From: Tricharina praecox
Lineage: Eukaryota
Length of the DNA stretch: 64,000 nt
Assembly (NCBI RefSeq): GCF_024521635.1
Contig: NW_026250418.1
Location: forward strand, 806,001-870,000
Reading direction: 5' to 3'
The notes under the pieces are model-generated. The model was not told the DNA's origin. It searched no databases and worked only from the letters and a program-made list of their open reading frames with translations. The position numbers were made by a program, and so were the translations under genes. This document shows positions 38,620 through 49,852 of the stretch, in pieces. Position 1 is the stretch's first letter. Each line of letters starts with the position of its first letter.

Positions 38620-39170
38620 CAACAGCAGGTCAGCAAACCGGCGGAAGCAGTTCACCATATCGGCGGAAGCAGGTCAGTATATCGGTGAACGAAACGCGCA
38701 ACAGCAGGTCAGCATCACGGCGGAAGCAGGTTAACATCGACGGAAGCAGGTCGGCAATTCGGCGGACGACACGGGCAACAGCAGGTCAGCAATCGGTTCG
38801 ACAGCAGGTTAGTAATTCGGCGGAAGCAGCTTAACATATCGGCGAACGACACGGGCAACAGCAGGTCAGTAATCGGTTCGACAGCATGTCAGCATATCGG
38901 TGGAAGAAGGTTAACAACGGCGGAAACAGGTCAGCATCTCGGCAGAAGCAGGTTAACATCGGCGGAAGCAGTTCAGCATATCGGCGAACGACACGGGCAA
39001 CAGCAGGTCAGCAATCGGTTCGAAAGCAGGTCAGCATCTCGGCTGAAGCAGGTCAGCAATTCGGCGGAAGCAGGTTAACATCGGCGGAAACAGGTCAGTA
39101 TCTCGGCGGAAGCAGGTCGGCAATTGGGCGGACGACACGGGCAACAGCAGGTCAGCACTTCGGCGGAAGG
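38620..39170. repeat. Degenerate ~20-bp minisatellite (AGCAGGTCAGCATATCGGCGGA) with higher-order CGACACGGGCAAC inserts
   Basis: More than 20 AGCAGGT(C/T)A cores at 19-22-bp spacing. The CGACACGGGCAACAGCAGGTCAG block recurs four times. Confidence 0.9.
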
Positions 39171-39378
39171 ACATCAAAAATGCATCCGCCTGCCACGCCA
39201 TGGCACTCAATGCTGTGGTTGTGGAGGGTGCGAAGCCGATGCAGACATGTGGGCATTCCGGGGACCATTCATAGAGATTTCACGCCAGCAACGTGAGCTA
39301 AGCACCATTCCTAGGCCAGGAACGTACTGAAGAGACTCATAGAAACTACCAGATGGCCGGGACAACGGCACCACACCA

Positions 39379-40432
39379 CTAGCAGTGTCCTAGTGTCCCA
39401 GTCCATTCCCGGCCCTGTAAGGTATCCGTTCTCAATTCGCCAGCACGGCAGACTGTAGTCCTTCTTCTCTCTAGCTCGCCTAATTCTGTCCCGTCCTTGC
39501 GGAAGTCGAACGCCATGCCGAAGTCCCTATTCCGTCGTTAGCAGAGTGGTGGCAACAGCAGCCGCAGCCGCAATAAAAACTTTCCGAGTGAAGTTGTGCT
39601 CACGTTATTTTGATAGCGCCAGAGTTGCGGCAGAGCGCCCCCAGAAAAGGGAGAGGTGCGTCCACTACGAGGTATTCCGGCACGTGTGGGCTCGGAGACG
39701 GCAGCCACTTAAACCAAGGGCTCTCGTCGCTCATGAACCGCTTCATCGGCATGCCCATATGGCGACGAAACTCGGTGACCGTCCAGGATTCCATGCCCGG
39801 TACGACCATGAGGATGTTGCCTGGGTGCAGATCCGCATGAACGATACTATGCCTGTGCAGCTCCGCTACCGCGCGCGCTATGCTAACGACCACGTTTTTC
39901 GCCGTGGGTACTGAGAGCCGCTGCCACTGTCTATGTGTAATCTCCGAGGGTAAAAGTGCGAGAGGTAAGGGCCCAGCAGTTCAGTCACTATGCAGCGGTG
40001 GACCCCGTTTGGGCCATGGATGGTGAACGCGTCGAACAGGAGCGGGAAGTACAACACTTCACTAGACCGCTGTGGATGTTGATGGCTGGAGCCCAAGCGG
40101 CGAAGAAACTCAGCCTCTCGATCCATTGGGGTTTCGGTGGTAGTATGTTGACCTTGCTGCGAGACATCATAGGAAATCTTTAGAGCGATGAGTCTATCCT
40201 GGTGAAGTGTATCGACAGCAACCCAAACCGTCGAAAAACCACCGTGGCCGAGCTTATTTTCGATCACGTAGCGGTCGTTGAGAATATCGCCGATGATGAC
40301 TGGATGAAATCCTCCGGGTTGATACATGTGTTTGTTCTCGGTTTGCCATTGTGCCTCCCAGTCAGTTTCATCGTTAAAGGGGCTGCTCTCCGGGCTGCTT
40401 ATTGTGATCGTCGGAATAAGGTCAGATGCCAT
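39379..40432 (-). pseudogene. SRPK-like (Sky1/Dsk1-type) kinase pseudogene, N-lobe to DFG only
   Basis: YQPGGFHPV, KLGHGGFSTVW, ALKI, GPNGVHRCIVTELLGP; frameshift at ~39950; VHADLHPGNIL; IKIT|DFGMAF across intron 39527-39603. No APE motif before the stop at 39379. Confidence 0.85.
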
Positions 40433-41083
40433 GGTGGCGAGGGTCGTGACGGCGGAGGGTTGAGATCCGGCGGAGTTTTTCTTGAGGCTAAATTTCGCTA
40501 TCGGAGTCAGTGCACTGCGGGATGTTGGAGTGCACAGGAAAGATTGTCGCTCGAAGAAGTCAACGATCGAGTCATTATATAGCGATATGTCACTTGAGAG
40601 GTAGCGGTTCTATTGCGATATGTGGCAGTAGGCTTTCGGTATCTGACATCTTGGTGTCCGATATGAAAGACAATTCTATACATCTATTTGTTTTACTTCC
40701 GGCTCGCCCATCGATTTGTTTTCCAAGCGCTAGAAAAACCTATAGACAAATGAGTTGATGCAGTGCAGAGAGTCACGTGGCCCCCAAACAAAGAGCGGGT
40801 TGGCCACCAAACAAAGAGTGATCCCTCCACGATAAGGGGAGCAACCCGCAACGTTTAGACGGATGCAACATGTCGAGACTCGAGTGTTAACGAGCGGTCC
40901 ATTGTCTGAAAAGACGTGTTCCCGCACTTTGCTTACTCCTCTTTGTATTTGGTAAAAATAGTGCGTCACCGAATTATCTCTTTGGTCTTAATATCACATC
41001 GATACCGCAGATCCATCCCCCCCCCCCCAATCCCCTTTGACCGTACTATCATCATCATATAACACATTGAGTACCTAGCTATC

Positions 41084-43082
41084 CTAGTCCGACCAAGGGT
41101 CATAATGGTCGGGATGCGGATACCCCAAATCCTCCGCAATGTCCGCCCACCTTAATATCTCAATTTCGTCTGAGGAGTACTCAACATCGTCGATGTCTCT
41201 AGGCCGTATAGCCTTCGGTTGCTTCTTCATCTTACCATTACCGTTGCCCCCCACGGCGCTGCTGCTTCCCCCCCTCATTCCATCCCCTTGGCCTTCCTCT
41301 CCCGCCTTGGGTAAAGTCCTCTCCGTCTTTATCTTCATTTTCTCCCTCTTATCCGCCTCCTCCTGCCTCTTCCGTTCCTCCTGCTCATTTACCATCTCTC
41401 CCCAACCTGCCAACAATGACGGGTTCTGAAGACACCAGAGCACAACCTCTCGAGCAGCCAGCGCGTCCTCCATGCAATCGTGACCTCTCAGTCCGCCGTT
41501 CTGGATGTCGATGCCCAGGAATTCCCCGCACAGCGCTTTGAGGCCCCATTGCCGAGCGGAGCCGACAGCGTTTCTCGCCAGGATAGCCGAGTCGACCACT
41601 CGGGTGTGTATCATCCTCAGAACGTCAAGATCGTGCTGCAGCGAATGGCCGACCAGGATCGTGTCCGCGTCGACGTGCTTCCACAGCTCGGCGCGCGCGC
41701 CTCGCCACCCATCCAAAGTGTCGCCCTGCTCTGTGGCGGTGGCCATCGCTTCCGCCGTTACGCCGCTGAACCGCGAGCGCCAGTCGACGACCCTGCTGGT
41801 CGGGCGCACAAGGCTGTTGACGAGCGTCTCGCCGGTCATGTAGTCGGCCGCGCAGAGCAGAATCACCTCGGCCTGGCCCCTCGCGACGCCAGCCATCTCG
41901 CAGTCCAGCGTCACGGCGCGGCGCTTGGACGTCTGCGGGTAGGATGCGGCGGGGGTGCGTGCGTACGTTCTGAATTTCTTCAATGACCGCCTGTCCGCAG
42001 GCCCGAAATCATGGACGGGAAGTTGTTTGCAGCCACGGCCTCGCTGGCCGCAGCAGGACGGAGGTAGCCCATTGTTGCTGTTTCGCTTCGGCTGCGTGGT
42101 GGGACCGTGTCAGCAAGAATTTCCGCCAGGTGCTCAGCCGCGAAGGGGTACTCACAGCGGGTTTTCGTTGCGGAGGGTGGAAGATACAGGGATAGCTTGC
42201 TTTCTTCTTACGGTCTGGCAGGTGCGTTTAGAAGATGAGCGTGCGTCGGATGATGGGTCGATGGATCTGAAACTTACCACCACAATTCTTGCACTTGCGA
42301 AGATCGTCGATGTCTTCGGCGGTGACCGGTTTGAGGACGTAATTGTGTTTCAGGAGATCGATCGTGGAATGGCAATGGTTTTTGAGTGCTTGTAGTGCTT
42401 CTGCCTGTTGTGAATCTGGGACGACGGTCCAGTTGTTGTTACCATGCTTGAGACTATCGATGCCACGGACGACGCTAACACTCGCAAATTCATCCACGAT
42501 CGGAACAGGCTGTGATACTGAAGCGACCGCCGGCTGTGAGGGGCGCTGCTGCCTTACCAACTTCTCATGGAACTTCGAGTGATTAATATGAGCCTGCAGT
42601 GCCGCGGGATTCTTAAATTCGCGCTCACAGACATCGCAGTCGTGTGACACTGATGGTCCCTCGGGCGCTAGCATTAGCAGTGTACCGGTGTATAGCGCGT
42701 TGGACGAGGCGGCGTTCGCGGTTGCGGCGGGCCGCGAAATTGCCAAGGAAGTGTTCGGCGCAGACCCCATCACCTCCTGGACCACTTCGGACTGCCGCTG
42801 TCGAGGGTTTCTGTGGAATTTTGAGCTGGCGACATGCATCTGCAGCGCTCCAGGACTTGCGAAGCTGCGATTGCAGTCCTTGCAAAAGTCTGCGGATCGC
42901 GCGGCCGTGCTGGAGGTGGGGGCATGGCCGGTATTGCCATATCCGTGAGCGAGCGCTGGCGACTGCTGTGACCGGTAGGCGGGCCAGTTGTCGCGTCTAC
43001 TCGTCGGCGACGCGTCTAGCTGTGTTGCTCGGAATTGGCGGTAAAAGAGCTCGAGATCTGGGTTCGTGGTGCCGGCGGACAT
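41084..43082 (-). CDS. DEDDh 3'-5' RNA exonuclease (REX/QIP-like) with two N-terminal C2H2 zinc fingers; exons 43082-42278, 42214-42156, 42091-41084
   Basis: Exo motifs LDCEM, LVGHSLQHDL, VVDS and GHDCMEDA. Fingers CKDCNRSF..LQMHVASSKFH and CDVCEREF..LQAHINHSKFH. Introns 42215-42277 and 42092-42155 join the exons in frame. Confidence 0.9.
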
Positions 43083-44444
43083 GATTGCTGTAGGTATCTT
43101 CAACTGTGATGGCGTGGGGTAGGTGTGGGAGCGGGCAGTGTAGACTTCATACACAACGCGGACGCGACAAGCGTGCCGACTTATAAGTTAATACCCGGTG
43201 CGGGGTAGTCGGACCGGCGAGGCTCTAGGCAGGTGGTTGCGGACGAGGCAGCCGACTACACGGCTCTGCATCCCGTGTTCTGCATCCCGTGTTATGCAGT
43301 GTGACACGCCGAGCGGCAGCGGCAACAGGATCTCACCGAATTGTTGCTCACGCCAGATGTTGTCTACCATTCCATGTTCCCGTCTTGAAGCTGAATCCGG
43401 CCACCTACACAAAGTTGCACATATCCGTCATCGGTTTCCCACATCCACCGCCTTCGGATTGTATCCACTCAATCATATGTCGGCGCACAGGTATCCGTGC
43501 TGACATCGCTTCTCTTCACAGCAGTTACTACCGGTATTTGAAACATGCCCCGTCAACCCGTTGTCTTGCAGCTCATCTAGAACCCGTAGACACCTCTGTC
43601 CTTGCACACCAACCGCAGCAGCACAAGGTTTGGGCTCTCACACGAGTTCGCTCCATTCGCGCTAGGCAGACGACCGCGCAAAAAGGCACCTGAAGAGGCA
43701 GACGGCCGAGGAGTCAAGAGTTTCCGGAACGCAACGGAATATGGCAGCACGGACCATCCGCTACCGAAGCCACTGGCAAAGCGCAGACGAGAAGCGACGG
43801 AGGAGAAATGGAAGCAACCCAAGGAATGGGCTGCGACAAGGAACAAAGGAAAAGACGTATGTACAAGTACATACCGTCTCCCGTCCACAAAGAAGCCGGA
43901 CAGAGTAATGGTGGTGGCGAAGAGTAACAAAACAGTCGCAGCGCGGACCGCGATACCATCTACTAGATAAAGATGGGACACGCCTTCATGAGGCGACTGT
44001 CACTGGAGTAGCCTATGGAATCGTAGATCACTTCGGATGTGACCAGGCAGGCTAATAGTGGTAGGGCTGAATTCCTCAACGCTGTGCTGCTCACTAGCGT
44101 GTCCGGTCACCTTTGAAGTGATCTAGACTCTAGAGCAGTTACGAGTACATAGTATGTACCTATCAAGACACGTCCGTGAAGCTTAAAGTCGCTGTCACAG
44201 AACTTTACGGGGACGTTGTGGAATTTGCATACGAGTGTATGTACAGTTTTTGATTGTGGTGAGCGCTCCGCGTCAATGTCGATCCTATTACGATAGCCGC
44301 ATCGCTTGGTGATGCATCGTAACAAGTAGATTCAAGGTAATTACATTTGCATACGGTAGAGATGGAGATCGACCTGTGCTGCCGGTGTCGTCCCCACCGC
44401 TGTCGCGGAGTCCCCACTCTCAGCTGCTTGATGCATGCAGTTTT

Positions 44445-44613
44445 GGATCCGAATGGCGGTGTCAGCCGGACTAGCCGGATTGAGTGACACCGAACGTTGT
44501 AGGCAGCGGAGGAGAGCCATATCAGAGTAGGTAGATGGCTCTTCGAACTTGAATAAAACCTCAACTTCTTCATCATCTTTCATTTTCGCCGTCTTGCTTC
44601 CAGGATTACGTCA
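44445..44613 (-). repeat. Dispersed ~150-bp element, copy B
   Basis: Reverse complement reads TGACGTAATCCTGGAAGCAAGACGGCGAAAATGAAAGATGATGAAGAAGTTGAGGTTTTATTCAAGTTCGAAGAGCCATCT...CACTCAATCCGGCTA...TTCGGATCC. Confidence 0.8.
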
Positions 44614-45532
44614 CCGAATGGGTCCAGCGGGGTTGCCTTCTTCATCTTCATCTTCTTCTCTCTCGATCATCATTTACTGAATAGGGAGACGATCTAATTC
44701 TATCTCCTCTTTATTCTGTGTGTGCTCCCCTCTCGTCCCGCCGCCGGCCTGCAGGGTGCTGGCAAAGGAGCCGTCTGAAAAAGTGGTATTACACTTATCG
44801 TTGCCTCGCTGTAACCATCGCATGTACGGGTATGCTGTGCCCGTCACTTGCGGCGATCTCGCGAGAATAACCAAGGCGGTCTAGGAGGAGGGAGGGTATA
44901 GTGCCGTGATAGATCTTCTTCGATAGGGCAGACTAGCGCACTGCTTTCGTAAGAAATTGAATTTATTTGATGGCAATCTGATCTCACACGTGACGACGGC
45001 TTTTACGTCGCCCACATCCACTGTGAACACGTTATTTTCTCCAAAGGGCATAAGACCAATACCATCCCCAAAATAGATGGAATCTTCGCTATCTTAACAT
45101 CCGTAATTCTTTACCCCCGCCCGGGCAAGTAGTGACTCGGAGAGGTGGATGTATTTGCCATGTCTCTACTGTGGTCCCAAGGCTCTTCTAGGTGAACGCC
45201 GGGATGTCCTGCCGTCTATGGAATAATTGCAGTCCATTCAATTTTTCAGAGCGCGGTGAGGACATAGTTACCATGCATCACTTGAGGGAAATGTTTCTGC
45301 GCCACAGTGGCTGACGCTCTACCCCGAGATTAGCCGTTCCCATTCGCTATTCATGCCGCCTACGGCGCAAGTCTTCTCGCCCTTATTTGAGAATTGGGGA
45401 GACTTTGCGCTATCCCGGACGTCAACAATGGGGTCACATATAATGACTCACCTTCAATCCTGCATCAGTCGCAAGGCTTACAAGCTTCCAACCGATTCCA
45501 GAAAATAACGTCGACATGGCCGGACCGCATGA

Positions 45533-47537
45533 TCATGCGCTCGCCAGAAGCAGGTGATGGGGGCTGGGATGGTGATTAGAGGAAGAATTTCCTTCAGAGC
45601 CCAGATGGCCCTTGCCCAGTGACTTTTCGGAGCCATCCAACGCCCTTTGGTGCCACTCCAAAGCTGTTTCGTAATCCCCTTGGGCGTAGAAGACTTTCGC
45701 AATACTTTGGACGAACTCGAGAGTAGAAGAATGGCCCTTGCCCAGTAACTTTTCGGAGCCATCCAACGCCCGTTGGTGCCACTCCAAAGCTGTTTCGTAA
45801 TCCCGATGGTCCTCGGAGATGTTAACTATTTCGTCGGCGGCGGCGGCGGCGGCGGGAGTGAGGTGGTTGTCATCTTCGAGGATGTTTGTACGGCCCTCCG
45901 GCCAGTCCGGAGCGCTGGTACGAGTTGGGTTCGATTCAAAGTCCAATGAACTTCCATTTCCAGACCTATGACAATCTTGAGACTCATCCGCCTCTGCACC
46001 GACAGATTCTGCTTTCTCTGCGTCTTCATCGTCGCGAGGCATTGGAATAAATAGGGCAATCTGCTTCAGATGGCCTCCCAGGTGTCGCCGGAGTCGCTCT
46101 AAGGAGTGTTTTTCTGGGCACAGCGGACATAGCTGTTCCGACTGTGTTAGTCTCTCGCACCTATCGAGGATGGTCTGTAGCTCGTCAGGGTTGAAGAGAT
46201 TCGAATGCTTTTCCCGGAGGTGTTCCTGGAATTTTGCGTGGGAGGATAATGTCTCGTGACAAGCGTTGCAAAAATACTCTCTGCGATGCATCTTCATCTC
46301 GTGTTGGTACCATTCGTTGCGATTGTCGAAAAGATGATCGGATTTGGGGCACTCTTTGAAAGTGCACACATAGGGACGCAGGTCTCTAAAGAAGTATTTT
46401 CTAGGAAATCGTTAGCATTATGCAAGCTGCGGTGCCACCGATGTATGAGCCTACTTCCAAGATTTCTGGCCTGTCACCGTGGTGATAATAAAGCAATATG
46501 GGCATTGGAACGCTTCTCCTTGGAATGCGCACTGCTGACTGGGCGGAGGCGGCACACGCAGCTTTTCGACTATACCGTAGACAGAGGAGGAATATGATGT
46601 CTGCGAGAAACCTGCATCGGAGAGCTGCTCAAGTGTATTTTCTTCTGTGGTTCGTTCGTAGGCCGTTACTGTGGTTGCCGAAAGCGTATGAGTTGCAGGC
46701 CTTTTCTTGCTCGTTCCTTGAGGAATCTCGTTCCGCTCGTGTTCCCTCGAGTTTGTCATGGCTGATTGATTACCACCCTGACGTGTGCCCTTCTCGACTG
46801 GCCCCGGGACCAATGGCTCAAGACCGTACCGGCCAGCAACTTTATCGTGATGCAGCTCATGATATCTAAGTAGCTGGCGTCGCCTTGTGTTTGACCTTCC
46901 GAGACGTTCCACCAAGTAGGGATGCGCGCCGGGAAACTTGTTGGAAATGTGCTGAATATCGAAGTGCTCGAAATGGGAAACATCGATAACGGACGACTTT
47001 TGAAGTCTGCGAAGCGGGGCGGGGTTTTGAATAGCGATCGAAAACTTGTATAGACATGTTACGACATGTCTCACCTCCCCCAAACATTCGTCTAGTTCTT
47101 CCATCACCGGTTCAGCTGGAGACTGTTGATCGTTTGGGGGCCACGCTGGTGGGCTTGGTGGTGGCGCGACAGACCGATTGTCTGCAGTCGAAACAGTTGT
47201 GAGAGCTAAAAAATTTAGTACTAACTATGATGCACATGCGGGACACAGCTGGAATACCATCTTTTAAAGCTTCGTTGAGATCGCTTAGTAGCTCTATGAC
47301 CATCGCCTTCACATCGGCTGCTTCCCTGAGGCGATAATCCAGGGAAACTCGCCCAACTCGGTGCGCTCCTACATTCTCGGCCCAGACTCTGAACCTGGCG
47401 AACTGTTCTTGAATGGCAGGCAAGATCGCATGATACTGAAGAACTGTTAATTGCAATAGCTCGCTGAAGCTTTGCAGGCAGTCTCGATGTTGTAGAGCGA
47501 TCTCGTTGTGATCTTCCGCTCCCCCGCCATGCGCCAT
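45533..47537 (-). CDS. Helical N-domain + C2H2 zinc-finger protein with short C-terminal TPR array; exons 47537-47258, 47205-46455, 46400-45533
   Basis: RFRVWAENVGAH..SLDYRLREA; RLGRSNTRRRQLLRY; FQCPYCF..WK|KYFFRDLRPYVCTFKEC..HEMKMHR..CNAC..CPLC..HLGGH; TPR units DYETALEWHQRALDGSEK.LGKGH. Introns 47206-47257 and 46401-46454. Confidence 0.85.
45605..45804 (-). repeat. 126-bp-period TPR coding repeat, 74-bp copies with 2 mismatches
   Basis: 45605-45678 versus 45731-45804. Confidence 0.9.
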
Positions 47538-47908
47538 AGTAGATGCGGTCGAAGTTGGAGAGCTGTCTTGGAAGTGAACCTTTTGAAGGAGGCGAGAATT
47601 GAGCTGCGGGGTGATTTTGGGTGGTTGTGTTTGGGCACGGGTCTCCGAATGGAGGAGAAAACCTAGCCCATGCCGCCCCCACCGGGCCGAGTCCCGAGTC
47701 CCGACCCCGCAACTTGTGCTCTACCACTGTCGCACGGCACCACCTTTTGGCTTCTGTTTCCGGATCGCTGCAAATTAAAACTTAACAGCGTTCGGATCCA
47801 ACGCCGATTTTCCAAAAGCGGGGCTAGAACGATTTTCCCATCGACGGTTCCTCATCCTTCGTCCCTCAGCTGCGGCCCTCGCTCGCCCATCGATAGCACG
47901 AAATCGCA

Positions 47909-49852
47909 ATGGTTACCGGCATAGAAACGGCGGGCTTAGTCCTAGCAGTATTCCCGGTGTTTGTTCAGGTTCTCGGCGCGTACCTCGACGCGACCAGCAA
48001 CTTCAGAAACAGAAGAGCTTTGGTGCGGGAGCTGAAGGTGGAGGCCATCTTGTTTACGAACACATGTGCGACTCTTCTCGAGGGACTGGTCCCGCCGGAA
48101 ACCGTGATGCTACTCTTGAGTGGGAAAGGCTGGGACGACCGGAAGATCCACAGTTTGCTCATCGATCGCATTGGAGTGGACGCGGCTGGGGTATTCGTGG
48201 AATCGGTAGAGGCTTTGAGTTTGGCGCTTGAAAAACTCCGTACGAAGCTTGGGCTTGATGAAGATATGAAGGTATTGCTGCGACGGCCTACGCACATAGT
48301 TGGTTGGGGACTGACTGGTGTTGGCAGTCTGCAGCAGACTTCCGGCCGAATCGATGGGACGAAATCAAACTCAGCTTCAAACAGGGAGATTTACTTGGCG
48401 ACATTAAAACGACGAACGAGAACATCACACGACTGGCGAAGGTAACCCCGACCACGTTACCAAAACTTGCCCTACAAACTGCGGCGGCGGCGGACAATTA
48501 CAATCGTATCCGCAACCATGCCAGAGGACTATACGAGGTCTTCCGTCAAAGATTTCAAGTGGCACCTGTCTGCCGGTGCGATCCACACGATGCGAGTCCA
48601 CCATTGCAGCAGATTGCAGTAGACACAGCCTCCCGGGAACCGTGCAGAATCAGGGTGACGTTTTCAAATCCTCCCCTACGCAACCCGTCGACATGGACAT
48701 GGCGCGAGATGGATTTTAAACCAATCGACGGTCAAGTGGCCAACAGCGCTGAGGGCTCTGTCTGCGGCGGTTTGGGGCAGAGCGGGGAAGCTGGCGGCCA
48801 TTGCAATGGAAATATCAAGACTGAAAATAACCACACTTCGCTCTTCCCGTCGAAAGAGAAACAAAAAGGACTACGAAGGATTCTTTCACGAGGAAGGAGT
48901 GGAAATGATACGAAGACTTTCAGCTCGCCGCCAAAAGAGTATTTGATCCCTTCAAGACAACTCAAAAATACCGACACGCGCTAATTGGTGGCGCAGGCTT
49001 CGGAATACGCCAAAAGTCTCTTTCAACCTTCCCAACGAAGACACGAAAACACCGAGCACATTCACCCCCGATCTCGCACAAAGAATAGAGGACTTGTGTG
49101 GCGAAATCGACCGAGCAAAGTCGGACTCTACCTACCTAGGCGTCCTGGAGTTCGATAAAACGTGGCATCGGCTGTGCACGCCTCAATCATCCGCTGCCTG
49201 CCGTTACGCCAGAGAGACGATTTCACTTGAGGAGCTCCTTATCCGCGGATATTTTGACAAGCGGGAACGATTGAGATTAGGTGTGCAGCTTTCATCAGGC
49301 TTGATGCAGCTACACGACACCGAGTGGCTGAACGAAAGCTGAGGGAAACGCGATGTCCACTTCTTTCTTCAAGATGATTTCCGACGCCGTGCGGCAGACG
49401 GCAATTGGTACCCAGAGCCTGTAGCGGACAAGCCATTCCTACGCCGGAGTTTTGATCGTGCTTCCTGGGGCTCATCGTCACAGCAAGCTACACCTGCTTC
49501 GCTTAAACTTCCGCTCATACAATACGACCAAAGCCTCTTTTCGCTTGGAATAGTTCTGGTAGAACTATGGTTCGGAGATTGTCTGGAGGAGCTGCCCGAG
49601 TATCCGAAACCGCCACCAAACGGTTGCATATCGAACAAAGAATCCATAGAGTACCAGACGGCAAGCCAACTGATAGGAAGAATAAACCGCGAGGAAGGTC
49701 CCATTTACGGCGCTGCCGTCCGACGCTGCATCAGAGGTCTTGACTGCAACGCCACAAGTTTGAAAGAAGACGAGCTCAAGAATAAAGTCCATGTGGAAGT
49801 TATTTCGGAGCTGGAAAGGCATTGGAAGGCGTACGACGGTCGAGCGAAATAG
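47909..49852 (+). pseudogene. HeLo-like N-terminus + kinase-like (DUF7580-type) C-terminal domain protein with one in-frame TGA (49340-49342); exons 47909-48271, 48328-48938, 48997-49852
   Basis: MVTGIETAGLVLAVFP; RLRLGVQLSSGLMQLHDTEWLNES*GKRDVHF; LFSLGIVLVELWFG; YGAAVRRCI. The frame is otherwise intact to TAG at 49850-49852. Introns 48272-48327 and 48939-48996. Domain names are from motif recall. Confidence 0.75.

Noticed and set aside
38574..39296. CRISPR-like or repeat-protein reading of the minisatellite
   Set aside because: No unique spacers, degenerate units of variable length, eukaryotic context, and frames not maintained.
33080..39417. CAGGGCCG...CGGCCCTG as TIRs of a 6.3-kb hAT element carrying TM paralog 2
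   Set aside because: Only 8 bp match, subterminal motifs disagree in orientation, and there is no TSD.
24270..39495. A single kinase gene split by a 15-kb inversion
   Set aside because: The orientation fits, but the two relics overlap in diverged homologous segments, which favours separate paralogs.
44674..44874. Small ORF ending EEIELDRLPIQ
   Set aside because: Looks like an orphan C-terminal remnant; no upstream exons could be supported.
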